A stretch of DNA of 63,977 nt, the filler included, from Octopus bimaculoides (lineage: Eukaryota), in the NCBI RefSeq assembly GCF_001194135.2. It is 9 parts of 9 records of this genome, joined end to end, with 100 filler letters (N's around TTAATTAATTAA, not from the genome) between each part and the next. Parts side by side here need not be neighbours in the genome. Positions count along the whole stretch, not along the records: positions 1 to 10,615 come from NC_069005.1; positions 10,716 to 30,374 come from NC_068996.1; 7 more parts are not named here. One strand, given 5' to 3'. Positions 1 through 12,490 of the stretch are shown one piece after another (within the stretch, counting starts at the first letter, position 1; each line of letters begins with the position of its first letter). A program made the position numbers and the translations under genes. The notes under the pieces were generated by a model. It had not been told where the DNA came from and searched no databases. It saw nothing but the letters and a program-made list of their open reading frames with translations.

Positions 1-160
1 AAGGGAATTTGCCGTATGTTCTAGCGATAAATTAGACGGATAGGGCGCATCTCGGATTTAATCCGGCTGGACTGTGAATACCGAGAGGGAACCCGAGAGG
101 TATGTGAATCACACTTTGTTCCTCACGTTTCACTTCAGGTCCCTGAATTGAATTCAATTA

Positions 161-554
161 TTTACTCTTTTACTTGTTTCTGTCTTTTGACTGTGGCCAT
201 GCTGGAGCACCACCTTTAGTCGAGCAAATCGACCCCAGGACTTATTCTTTGTAAGCTTAGTACTTATTCTATCGGTTTCTTTAGCCGAACTGCTAAGTTA
301 CGGGGACGTAAACACACCAGCATCGGTTGTCAAGCGATGTTGGTGGGACAAATACAGACACACAAACACACATACATATCTATATATACATATATACGAT
401 GGGCTTCTTTCAGTTTCCATCTACCAAATCCACTCACAAGGCTTTGGTTGGCCCGAGGCTATAGTAGAAGACACTTGCCCAAGGTGCCACGCAGTGGGAC
501 TGAACCTGGAACTTTGTGATTGGTAAGCAAGCTACTTACCACACAGCCACTCCT
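161..554 (-). mobile_element. SINE family A (tRNA-like head, CORE-like centre, internal AT/AC microsatellite, GTAAAAGA tail), near full length
   Basis: Reverse strand reads AGGAGTGGCTGTGTGGTAAG (A-box-like)...GGTTCAGTCCC (B-box-like)...ACCTTGGGCAAGTG (resembles MIR/CORE GACCTTGGGCAAGT). Homologous to the copy at 17518-17930. Confidence 0.85.
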
Positions 555-1321
555 AAGTAAATTTAGTATTTAATTAATTTAAATTTAGTGTTTAATTAAT
601 TTAAATTTAGTACTTAATTAATTTAGAGTCGGGAAAAATAAATAATTTGGAAAGGGCTTTGAAACAAAAGTTCCAGAAAATCGATGTTGTACCTGTAGCG
701 TTCTCTCTAAGGGGAATGGAAATATGAGGGGTCAGTTAATCTTAGAAAATCCCCCTCTTAATCTTCAGTGTCCTAAAATGAAATTTTCTTTAAAAAAAAG
801 GATACTTTGGATTATATATATATAAAGAGAAACCCCGCCGTACATAAGGTGGTGGTTACGGTTGGAGCGGCTTTTTATAATTGATCTATTCGTTTAGAAG
901 TGATGTAGTGTTGAATGATAAAACAACTAAAACACAGAAGCAGACTACAACGATATCAACATTAACATCAATAACAACAACAACACAAATAACAACAACA
1001 ACAACAATAACAATAACAGCAGAAGCAGCAGCAACAATAACAAGTCTGCTTATCTTTTTTTCTTTTCTTTTTCACTCTGATCAATGAGTGACTCATACAT
1101 TCAGGTTTACAGCAAGTAAAACACGTGCTAGAAATAGCAGCTAAATCTGCTTCACTTCGCACCGCACACCGCCTCAGAAATATATATATGCGTGTGTGTT
1201 TGTGTTTGTGTTTGTGAGTATGTATATATATATATATATAATTCACCTTACCTTAATTAAATTATTCTAATTAAATGACTCGAGGTACTCGTTTTGCCCT
1301 GGTTTTGATTTATATATATAT

Positions 1322-1372
<51 letters not shown>

Positions 1373-1893
1373 TTTGCTTGTTTTGGTGATTACTGGGCTT
1401 GGAGATTATTTTTTTGTTTTGAGGGGAGGGGCTCTTAATCAGGCTTCTTGTTAAATGCTTGTTACTTACATGCGCGAACTCTCGTTGTCGCACCGCTAAG
1501 TTACAAGTTCTAAACACTGGCTCCGTTTCTCTGGCATCCACCCCCATCCCCACACACATACGTTATGTATATATACACATGTATATACATACATACATGT
1601 ACACGTACACACAGACACACATACGCACACATGTAACGAGATTCTGCATAGTCTCCATCCATGTGCAAAATTTCTTGACGTGAAGAAGAGGAAGATTCTC
1701 TACCGTTTCCCCACAGATTTTCTTTGTATAGGTGTGGTGTTTTCTAATGGTGCCAAATACCAAGTATTCGGTTGCATCTAAATAGCTGTTGAGGTACCAT
1801 CCCAAAACATTACCGTTTGTCATGGCGAACCAATTTCTTGGTCATAAGATTTACACACACAAACATGTAAACAAGCATATATAATATATATAT

Positions 1894-1932
<39 letters not shown>

Positions 1933-1935
<3 letters not shown>

Positions 1936-2131
1936 TTGCCCCCACCGCCACTGCCACTTGGCTACTGATGTTGGTGTGTTGACGTCCCCAAAAACTTAGC
2001 GGTTCAGCAAAAGAGTTTGATAGAATAAGTACTGGACTTACAAAGAATAAGTCTTGGGGTTGATTCGCTTGACTAAAGGCGGTGCTCCAGCGTGGCCGCA
2101 ATCAAATGACCGAAACAAATAAAAGAAAAGA
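1933..2131 (+). mobile_element. SINE family A, 3' half
   Basis: Matches the 3' half of 17518-17930 (AACTTAGCGGTTC...GAATAAGT...GGTGCTCCAGC...AAATAAAAGA). Confidence 0.8.
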
Positions 2132-2476
2132 ATATATATGTAAATGTACACACACACAACATATGTATGTATATATATACACACTTATACACACACTCTC
2201 TCTCTCTAATAACGAGGTTCGATATCAGTTTAGCAGTATTTTGACAGTTAACAGCAGTCAAATGACAGACTCGCTCGGTAATCGGTTCCTGACCTGCAAG
2301 AAATAGCAGCCAAACTACATATTTGGTTCGTTTCTGCTCGTACTTTCCTCGGCAAGCAGCCTACTTGTAGTAGTCGTATCGATATCGATTTTGCTACTTT
2401 GAATAAATCGATAGTTCGTACAATCTTCGTACAGCGACAATAGTCCATTTGTCCAAAAACTGATCGATTTTCTTCA

Positions 2477-2477
<1 letters not shown>

Positions 2478-2535
<58 letters not shown>

Positions 2536-2539
2536 CATA

Positions 2540-2595
<56 letters not shown>
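2478..2595. repeat. (TTA)n microsatellite
   Basis: About 39 TTA units, one interruption. Confidence 0.95.
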
Positions 2596-2800
2596 GAAGA
2601 TGCCGAGCTGGCAGAAACGTTAGCAATCTGGGTGAAATGCTTAGCAGTATTTCGTCTGTCTGTTTACGTTCTGAGTTCAAATTCCGCCGAGGTCGACTTT
2701 GCCTTTCATCCACTCAGGGTCGATAAATTAAGTACCAGCTGCGTACTGGGGTCGATTAAAATCGACTGCCCCCCCCCTCACCAAAAATTTCAGGTCTTCT
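2596..2800 (+). mobile_element. SINE family B (GAGCTGGCAGAA head; GCCTTTCATCC...GTCGATAAATTAAGTACCAG core)
   Basis: Homologous to 8402-8617, 21326-21571 and 62582-62760. The core resembles the Meta-type SINE domain as I recall it (unverified). Confidence 0.8.
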
Positions 2801-3676
2801 AAAAACGCAACGCAAACATTTAAATTGATAGGATCTTTCCTAGAGATGTGGAGGCATTACTTGTTAACACAATCTATTGGGGTTTGGTTTTTTTTTTGTT
2901 TTCTTTTGAGATATGATTCTCTTGGGATGTTGTCTTGATGTTTCTCACATCCCTCTTTTATCATACCAAGAGCACCTACAACAACAGAAACAGTTTTCTG
3001 GCGAGCATAGCAGAATCGTTAGTACGCCGGAGAGACACATTACTATCTTCCGGGCCGCAAATCGTATAGGTCTTTGAATATTGAGAGGACATCTACCAAC
3101 AGCACAGTTGAGACCAGAGCAAAGAAAGTGCCTTTGTTCCTCAATTACCATATTTCTCTCAGATCTCGTGTGTGATAGTGCTTTACAAGGGTTTAATCGT
3201 CATTTTTACGCTTTTATGTTTACTCTATAAATTTAGACAGGACCCTTAGCATAGCACCTTAAAGTAGGCGCTATGGACGCTGGGGTACTAGAACTCATAA
3301 AGCTTATAGGCCCGTGAATAAATTACTTTCGGCATATTTAGGTGTGAGGGTATGGGCCCACATATCTTTTGTGAACCCACCCCACGTCTCTCAGAACAGT
3401 TTGCAGTCTTATTGTTCGTTATACCGTCAGTGACTGGAGACTGCAATATATTTTTCGAACGGACCCCTGTCATAAGACCCGAACACGTCCCTGGTTAGCC
3501 CTCACAGCAGACGATGCAATGTGGTTGTTCTTTTAAATTCCTTTCATATAACAGGTTTTTTTGGTGGTTTTATTCGCGCCAGGCTCAAACCGGTATTTGT
3601 ATTTGACCTACAAGCAGAAAAGAATCGCAAGATGGATTCATCAAGCCAAGCCCCCCAGGGGACTTAAGAGTGGATT

Positions 3677-4075
3677 AAGAACGAGATGGTTGGTTAATAT
3701 CTGTAGTCTCAGTTGGTTACGTTTGGGAATCCAGCCAGAAAGTGTCATGACCGTTGCTCTTGATAGGGCCGTATGGACGAGGTCCCTGTGGACACTACCC
3801 CGTCGCCCATGATAAGCAAGAAACCTAGAGATAGACCAAGAACGAGATGGTTGGATAATATCCATACATTCAGTTGATCATTTTTCTGAATCGACAAGGC
3901 TTTAAGGACTTGGTTCTGATGGGACTCTACGGACGAGGTGCCTGAGGACTCTAGTAGATCAAGGACCAGATGGTTGGGTAATATCCATTGTGTCAGTTGG
4001 TCATGGTTGGGGATCCAACAGGACAGTGTATTCAGAGATGCTTCTGGTAGGAACCTGTGGAGGAGGTACATGAGG
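3677..4075. repeat. Three degenerate tandem units (161 and 123 bp spacing) starting AAGAACGAGATGGTTGG.TAATATC
   Basis: Unit starts at 3677, 3838 and 3961. Minus-strand translations repeat ILxNHLVL. Confidence 0.75.
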
Positions 4076-4639
4076 ACTGTACCCCCAACAACTCTCCCAG
4101 GAATAGTGGGCCGAGAAGATGGATCTTCTCTACGGCAACAGACCCTACAACCGGTTAAAGAAGGCCTGGGTTGTAGAAGTATGTAATCTCCAGTATTCTA
4201 GTCCTCTGTGTATGTGTGTGTTGTTGTTGTTGGCTCTGACGAATGCTTTGTTCTAATTGGTGGATTCTCTAGTGTTTGTTGCGAAATCTGTTTTGGAACT
4301 GGGTTTCTGAGTGGTTGATCTACAGCTTAAGCAATTGTACAGCTGTTTGTGAGGATTGGTGAGACGCGTCTGTAATGACATCTTTTAGTGTGAGCGTGTG
4401 TATGTGCGTGACTGTGTGTATGTGTGTGTGTGGTGCACGAGTGTGTGTGTGTGGTGTATATACACAGACATATATAGAGGGAAATATATATATATATAAT
4501 AATACAAAGAATATATATACATGTATACACACATATATGTACATACTTACATCTACATGTGTATATACATGCATATACATGCGTTTGGCCGTACGGCTTT
4601 TGAATGTTGTTTTCACTGTCCATTTTTTCCTGTCTTGGT

Positions 4640-4830
4640 TTGTGTTTGCCACCTTGGAATCCTCTGTGTAGTGGGTTGATCCACTACTCAGGAAGAGACT
4701 ATTCTAGAGTACGTTCTGTCTTATCTTCGAAACGTCTAGATAGAATAGAGACAGCTGATGAAGGGATATTCCAAGTGGCTTTCCGTTTTCCTATATGTTC
4801 GTTCCGTTGTCTGCAGTTTATTGTTCTAAT
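4640..4830 (+). mobile_element. Penelope-like terminal fragment
   Basis: CTTCGAAACGTC...CTGATGAAGGGATATTCC; homologous to the reverse strand of 22380-22450. Confidence 0.45.
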
Positions 4831-5389
4831 GTCCTGTACCCTGATATGCATGTATATACACNNNNNNNNNNNNNNNNNNNNNNNNNNNNNNNNNNNNNNN
4901 NNNNNNNNNNNNNNNNNNNNNNNNNNNNNNNNNNNNNNNNNNNNNNNNNNNNNNNNNNNNNNNNNNNNNNNNNNNNNNNNNNNNNNNNNNNNNNNNNNNN
5001 NNNNNNNNNNNNNNNNNATATATATATATATATATATATACATATATATGTTCATATGTATATACATATACATATGTAATATATATATATGTATTTATAT
5101 GTGTGTATGCGTATATATGTATATGTATATATATGTGTGTCTGTGCGTACGTGGGTGCGCGCGCGGGCGTGTGTGCGTTTGCGCGCGCGTGTAAATATAT
5201 ATATATCCTGGTTGCAATACTACGCCCAACACATGTCCTGAGTACTTTCGACCAGCTTTGAAATGTGCACTCCGCCTTTTCTGAATTATTTTCTGCGACT
5301 TCCTTTCGCCCTTCATCCCTCCGCCTGACACCAGTTGCTAAAAAAAGAAACGCAGTCAAAAATAATTATGGCTGACTTCAAGAAACACT

Positions 5390-5767
5390 GGCGCAGGTCG
5401 TGGTTGTGTGCTTAAGAAGTTTGCTTCCCATCCGCGTGATCGTGGGTTCGGTCCCGTTGCACAGCACCATAGGCGAGTGTCTTCTACTATAGTTCCGAGT
5501 CTTTGCGAAAAGATTTTATATGAAGGAAACTGAAAGAAGCTTGTGGTCTACGTTTGTGTATTTGTGTTTGTCCACCACCACCGTTTGACAACCGCTGCTC
5601 GTTTGTTTTCGTCCCCCGTATCTTAAGCGGCTTGGCAAAAGGAGATCCGATAAAATAAGCACCAGGCTTTGCAAAATAACGATCAGTCCTGGGGTTTGAC
5701 CAAAACCCTTCAAGATAGCGTCCCGCCCCAGCAACGCCACAGTCCAATGATTGAAAGAAATAAAAAG
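5390..5767 (+). mobile_element. SINE family A, diverged full-length copy
   Basis: tRNA-like head (GGGTTCGGTCCC), GAGTGTCTTCTACTATAG core and family A 3' half. Confidence 0.8.
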
Positions 5768-6264
5768 ATTAAATATCAAAGATAAACAAAAACGCATCAA
5801 AACGTGTCAATCACAAAGTGAAATATGAAATGTTACGTATCGGATGGGTCATAACACCACGTGACCAGCTCCTCTCCCCTACCCAGTCTTCCTCCTGACC
5901 CACCGCTATTTCTCTGTTCCAAAGTGACCCCCACTTCCTCTCTGTATCCTCAACTTTTCTTGTTTTCAGTTGGATTAAGATATTTTATCTAAGTTGTTCA
6001 GAGAATTTACTTGGTGACCCAGATTTTAGAACCCCTTCAGGCGATCACCTATTTTCGTTTTATTTGCGTGAAGCCCCGGCCCTGCCTGAATATCATGTTC
6101 TTTGTGCTGACTAACACAGCGTACCCTTATTCACCAAGGCCTCTCAGTCACGTTTACTCCCTACGCAACAACGACCCCATTACCCACGCTATATAGGACA
6201 CGTGTTACGACTTACGTACTAAACCCTTTACAACATGTCCTGACTCATATAGTTTTTGGGGGGT

Positions 6265-6950
6265 TTTTTCTATCATAAGCACAAAGCCTGGAATTTTTGT
6301 GGGGAAGGGCGTTAATCGATGACATCAACCTTAATATTAAACTTGGGCGGAATTCGAACTCAGATCGCAAAGACGGATGAAATGCCGCTAAGCATTTTCT
6401 CCGAGGCCTGCTAACGATTATACCAGTTCTTTACATAGAAATGTGTAAACAATAAAAGAACAATTTGCAAAATATTATTATTATTATTATTATTTGCAAA
6501 TTCAGCTTCGATCATTGTACAACCTCATTCGCCATAGCCACCAGGTAGAAGAAAACTGTCCGCCCTTTCAAATCAAAGAACAGCGGCGGGGTGAATTGTA
6601 ATAGAAATAACGGTTTAAAATTTTTAGCATGGAGCCAACAGTTTTTAAGGGGAGGTGGGGGGCTAGTCGATTACTTATTTTACCGACCTCGAAAAGATAA
6701 AAGGCGGAACTTGAGCTCAATGGCTTCAAATTTTGGCACTAGGTCAGCAAGTTCAGTGTAGGTTTTAAGTCGATTCCATCGACCCTAATGCATAACTGAT
6801 ATTTATATTTTATCAGCCTCCGAAAGAAGGATGAAATGTAACGTCGACCTCAGCGGAATTTGAACTCAGAACGTAAAGACAGACGAAATACCATTAAGCA
6901 TTTCACCCGGCGTGCTAACGTTTCTTGCCAGCTCACAGCTGCCTTCAATA
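6265..6950 (-). mobile_element. Cluster of partial SINE family B copies
   Basis: Repeated GGCGGAATT(T/C)GAACTCAGA and AAAGGC...GTCGACCTCAGCGGAATTTGAACTC segments. Confidence 0.7.
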
Positions 6951-7249
6951 GTAGTATTAATAAAAGGCGGGATGATCACGTTTGGAATGCTTTTGATCAA
7001 AAGTCTGCTAGATCAAAAATAAACCTTGTACTAAACAACGACTAGTGTTTGACTACGCCATTGTAATTCACATGACATGATTCTGACCGTCCCCATTGTC
7101 TACCCCCTCTTCCTCCTCCTCTTCCATATATCCCACCTTCCCTCTCACTCACCACTTACTCTGACAGTGACACAATCGCCACGACATCTCCACATGACGT
7201 GTGTGTGCGCGCGCGCACGCATGTGTATGTATGTTTGTAAGTTGATGTG

Positions 7250-7295
<46 letters not shown>

Positions 7296-7311
7296 ACGAA
7301 ATATATGTATG

Positions 7312-7353
<42 letters not shown>

Positions 7354-7560
7354 TAGAGAGAGATAGGTAGACAGCCAGACGTATGCATGTACACAGACTT
7401 TCCGCTCTACACCCCATAGAGTCCGTGTGAACATATTGGAAGCCATGATAGCACAACTCTGGACCAGACCCGACTGTCACGAGAGAAGCCGGAAGAGTGG
7501 GGACGTCAGCGCTGGCACTCGTCTTGCTAAAAATAGCAGCTAAATTTCCTTCAGCTACCA

Positions 7561-7785
7561 CCATCATCATCATCATCATTTAACGTCCGTTTTCTATGGT
7601 GGCATGAGTTGGACGGTTTGAAAGGATCCGTCGATCCACAGGGCTGCATCAAGTTCCTATGTTCTGCTTTTGTATGGGTTTCTACGACTGGATGCCTTTC
7701 CTATCGCCAACCATTTTACAGACTAGACTGGGTGCTTTTTTTTTTCTTTTATGTGGCACCAGCACTGGTGGGGTTGCCAAATAAT
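7561..7785 (-). mobile_element. 5'-truncated RTE 3' end with (GAT)n tail
   Basis: CATCATCATCATTTAACGTCCG...CTGGATGCCTTTCCTATCGCCAACC; same family as the 3' end at 50895-51350. Confidence 0.75.
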
Positions 7786-8401
7786 CTGCAAGACAGGAAA
7801 GGACAAGAAAAATGTATTCCTGTTGTGGAGACACAATTTTCATTCTACATGTTTCAGTAACAGGACTGCGACCATACTGGAGCATCGCCTTGAAAGGTTT
7901 TAGTCGTACAAATCTAGCCCCGATTTTATTTTAAATCTTATACTTACTCCATCGGAGTGTTTTGCTTAACCGCTATGTTACGGAGGATATGAACAAACCA
8001 ACACCAGTTGTTAAAGGATGGTAGGTACAAATACAAACATAAGAACTCTCTCTTCCTCTCTCTCCCTCTCTCTTTCTGTCTGTCTGTCTCTCTCTCTCCC
8101 CTTTCTTTCTCCCTCTCCCTCTCTCTTTCTCTCTCTCTCCCTCTCTGTCTCTCTCTCCCTCTCTCTTTCTCTCTCTCTCTTTTACACACACATACACACA
8201 CAAGCATACATGTATGCGACAAGCTTCCACTCATTTTCTGTCTAACAAATTCACTCACCAGGCATTAGTATGCTTGAGGTTGTAGTAGAAGACACTTACA
8301 CAAGGGGCCGGGGTAAGGATATCTCCCCCACCCATCCACCCACTTGTCCGTATCCTTCTCCTGGAAGCCCTCAAAATAACAACAACAATAATAATAATAA
8401 T

Positions 8402-8617
8402 AATCCTTTCTACTATAGGCACAAGGCCTGAAATTTGAGGTGGAGAGTTAAGTCGATCACATCGACCCCAGTGCGTAACTGGTACTTATTTTATCGACCC
8501 CGAAAGGATAAAAGGCAAAGTCGACCTCGATAGTATTTGAACTCAGAACGTAGTGGCAGACGAAATACCGCTAAGCATTTTGTCCGGCGTGCTAACGATT
8601 CTGCCAGCTTGCAGCCT
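8402..8617 (-). mobile_element. SINE family B with (ATT)n tail
   Basis: High similarity to 2596-2800; tail AGGCCTTGTGCCTATAGTAGAAAG on the minus strand. A further partial plus-strand copy lies at about 8775-8915. Confidence 0.85.
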
Positions 8618-9209
8618 CCAGCAATTAATTAATTAATTAATTTATTTATTTATTTTATTTTATCAAGTTTCAGCTCACGAGCTGTGGCCATGCTGGGGCA
8701 CCGCCATTTAGGGTTAGGGTCCCATCAATAATAATAATTCTAATAATAATACTTATTATTATTAGTAGTAGTATTTCAAATTCCGCCGAGGTCGACTTTG
8801 CCTTTCATCCTTTCGGGGGTCGATAAATTAAGTACCAGTTGCGTACTGGAGTCGATCTAATGGACTGGGATCTTCTCCCCCAAAATTTGAGGCCTTGTAC
8901 CTAGAGTAGAAAAGATTATTATTTCAAATTCTTGACACAGTATACAATATGCTTGGAAACAGCTACGATCGCTGAGTCTGTCTTTAGGGCTGTCAATGCC
9001 TTTGAGAACGAATTTACTTCAAAAATTGAGTCTTGTCTGTTACATTCGGTTCCATAGTCGGAGTTGAAGGCAAAACTAGAAAAAGAGAACAAGCTACCAT
9101 CATTGTATCACGACCCATCCTCTAATTCTTTCACAAGACATATCGGATATGAGATATAATAAGTGCAAACTCTTAATGTAGAAGTAACATGTACTGTTCC
9201 ACTTTTGTC

Positions 9210-9258
<49 letters not shown>

Positions 9259-10094
9259 TAGGGTGGGGGTTGTAGTGATTGTGGTGGCGGTACTTATGGT
9301 GGTGGTGTCGTAAGGGGAGACGCATTAATAGAAGTAAAGGAGAAACGGAACATTGAGCTAAGTACCATTGTTGTGTAAATACTTCGTCTACAACTCTCAG
9401 ACTTTCAACCCCACCTCTTTCTTCTATCTATCTATCTATCTATNNNNNNNNNNNNNNNNNNNNNNNNNNNNNNNNNNNNNNNNNNNNNNNNNNNNNNNNN
9501 NNNNNNNNNNNNNNNNNNNNNNNNNNNNNNNNNNNNNNNNNNNNNNNNNNNNNNNNNNNNNNNNNNNNNNNNNNNNNNNNNNNNNNNNNNNNNNNNNNNN
9601 NNNNNNNNNNNNNNNNNNNNNNNNNNNNNNNNNNNNNNNNNNNNNNNNNNNNNNNNNNNNNNNNNNNNNNNNNNNNNNNNNNNNNNNNNNNNNNNNNNNN
9701 NNNNNNNNNNNNNNNNNNNNNNNNNNNNNNNNNNNNNNNNNNNNNNNNNNNNNNNNNNNNNNNNNNNNNNNNNNNNNNNNNNNNNNNNNNNNNNNNNNNN
9801 NNNNNNNNNNNNNNNNNNNNNNNNNNNNNNNNNNNNNNNNNNNNNNNNNNNNNNNNNNNNNNNNNNNNNNNNNNNNNNNNNNNNNNNNNNNNNNNNNNNN
9901 NNNNNNNNNNNNNNNNNNNNNNNNNNNNNNNNNNNNNNNNNNNNNNNNNNNNNNNNNNNNNNNNNNNNNNNNNNNNNNNNNNNNNNNNNNNNNNNNNNNN
10001 NNNNNNNNNNNNNNNNNNNNNNNNNNNNNNNNNNNNNNNNNNNNNNNNNNNNNNNNNNNNNNNNNNNNNNNNNNNNNNNNNNNNTATATATATA

Positions 10095-10556
10095 TATATG
10101 ATGATTGCTTCATCTTGAGAGATGATAGCCACCCCATCAACAGACACACCACACCCCATCACACAGCACAGTCACTCCGTTGATGCGCCCTTAGATGACT
10201 TTTAAGATCAGCTTCTGATTGACAGGGTTTAAAACACAAGTGACAGATATTATTCAACTTCCTTCTACATCTTTGCCCTTTGGAATCTGATTCTAAAGGA
10301 ATGTTTTTGTGAACTAGCGTACGTCTTTTAAGTCCAGATATTGTCTTACGAGATCTTTGACATATGGCGCAAGTCGTGAGAGGTAGAATGGTGTCCAGGA
10401 TCATTATCTGGGCATTACGATTTTCATGTGACTTCGTATGGTTCACGTATCCTGCTTTTGACAACAGAACACGGTCACATGTAATACATATACAATGTCC
10501 ACTGTTCATTACAGTTCCAATTGTTCCTTTGCGACGGGCTCTTTTAAGTTTAGAGT
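10095..10556 (-). mobile_element. RTE-type LINE 3' fragment encoding three C2H2-like fingers
   Basis: CITCDRVLLSKAGYVNHTKSH, CAICQRSRKTISGLKRR, CHLCFKPCQSEADLKSHLRAH, followed by a short 3' UTR ending in ATCATCAT. No HTGEKP linkers. Confidence 0.7.
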
Positions 10557-10558
10557 GC

Positions 10559-10589
<31 letters not shown>

Positions 10590-10814
10590 CATACATACAT
10601 ACTTACCTATATATANNNNNNNNNNNNNNNNNNNNNNNNNNNNNNNNNNNNNNNNNNNNTTAATTAATTAANNNNNNNNNNNNNNNNNNNNNNNNNNNNN
10701 NNNNNNNNNNNNNNNATAAGAAATAATTAAGATTCAGTTGAATTAGGTATTTAAGTTGAGGCACCAAGTCAATCCTGTATTATTCACACAGCTTGAAGTA
10801 AGGTGAATAAAGAT

Positions 10815-11203
10815 CAAATAAGTAACAAGCATGTCAAGGTATTAGTGCCTTACAGCCGTTTCAGGCAGCTCCATTTAATCAAACAATGCAAGCATTACAT
10901 CAATTTGAAATACTTCGCTTTCTTTGGATGCATAAGACCATATAGTTTTTCAACATACAGAATAATCCATTATAATTTTTTAGCAAATATTTCATCAGAA
11001 CTAGAGAATAAAAAAATTACATGCTTACTGCTATTATTGTAGCAGAATAGAGTATCCTGTATGTTGAAAAACCTATATGGTCTTATGCATCCAAAGAAGG
11101 CGGTGTATTTCAAATTGATGTAATGCTTGCATTATTTGATTAAATGGAGCCACCTGAAACAGCTGTAAAGCACTAATACCTTGACATACTTGTTATTTAT
11201 TTG
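10815..11203. repeat. Long inverted repeat (about 150-bp arms, about 92% identical, about 90-bp spacer), Penelope-like termini
   Basis: Arm 10815-10963 is the reverse complement of 11053-11203 with about 12 mismatches by hand count. Each arm carries GAAAC(A/G)GCTGTA. Confidence 0.85.
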
Positions 11204-11250
11204 CTATATATTTGTATATGTACATGTGTATTAATATGGTATCAAAAATT

Positions 11251-11293
<43 letters not shown>

Positions 11294-11459
11294 GTCAAGA
11301 CGAAGAGCGTGATTCGTTTCAATCACCTCTTATTTTGAACTTGACAAAGACAGACTTACTGTTGAAATATTGTTTAACTAATAAAATATCTTACAATCAA
11401 ATTGTGCTCTTCATCTTGACTGTTTACCTTCGTGAAGAGTTACGTCAATCCTTTTTAAA

Positions 11460-11512
<53 letters not shown>

Positions 11513-11858
11513 CATTATGATATCTTGTAAGTTTGCTTAACTATATGGGGACTAATAATCATTTACGTAGGGTTTGAGCACAGTGTCCCTTGTATATTTA
11601 AGGAATAGTTTTCCCAGACATCATCCACATTGCTTAATTGTTGTTCGTGAGTCAACAGTTAACCTCTTATTTTATTCAAATGTGACTTAGTCAATGTTTC
11701 TATAATTCCCCTTTCTCATTAACATCTTGCATGCTTTGGCCCATGTGTTTCAGCCACCCTCCCTTCTCATTGCATAATGTTGATACGATAAATATGCTGA
11801 TTAAAATGTACATGTGTATTAATATGGTATTAATAGTTAATAATAATGGTACTAATTA

Positions 11859-12034
11859 CCATATTTTAACATGTATAAAGAACTCTCGTGTATAAGCCCC
11901 TAATTTTGGAGGGCTTAACATTTGGAAAAAAAGTTTTGTAAGAGATTATAATTCTATCCATGTACAAGAAACTCCTATATATTTTTAACCTAATTTTTGA
12001 CAAAAATGGGTTCCTTATACATGTTGAAATATGG
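11859..12034. mobile_element. Tc1/mariner (Tc2/Kanga-like) MITE
   Basis: TIRs CCATATTTTAACATGTATAAAGAAC / GTTCCTTATACATGTTGAAATATGG, flanked by TA on both sides. Confidence 0.8.
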
Positions 12035-12151
12035 TAAACAGTATGCCCTCTTGTAAGTCCATTGAACTATGTGGAGGTTAATATTCATTCATGCAGTTTC
12101 TGAACACAACATTCATTTTTGCACTCCCATTATGCCCAACTCTCCTTGCCC

Positions 12152-12490
12152 CATCATCATCATCATCGTTTAACGTCCGCTTTCCATGCTAGTATGGGTT
12201 GGATGATTTGACTGAGGACTGGTGAACCAGATGGCTATACCAGGCTCCAATCTGATTTGGCAGTTTCTAGAGCTGGATGCCCTTTCTAATGCCAACCACT
12301 CCGAGAGTGTAGTGGGTGCTTTTATGTGTCACCCGCACGAAGGCCAGTCAGGTGGTACTGGCAATGGCCACACTCAAAATGGTGTATTTTATGTACCACC
12401 TGCACAAGAGCCAGTCCAGCAGCACTAGCAATGATCTCGCTTGAATGTCTTTTCACGGGCCACTGGCACAAGTGCCAGGAAGGCGACCAC
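12152..12490 (-). mobile_element. 5'-truncated RTE 3' UTR copy
   Basis: (CAT)n tail plus GCTGGATGCCCTTTCTAATGCCAACCACTCCGAGAGTGTAGTGGGTGCTTTTATG; homologous to 57240-57430. Confidence 0.85.

Noticed and set aside
1-110. Possible exon ending at GAG/GTATGT (position 100)
   Set aside because: Stops in all plus frames and no partner exon identified.
8707-8720. TTAGGGTTAGGG as an interstitial telomere
   Set aside because: Only two units; within chance.
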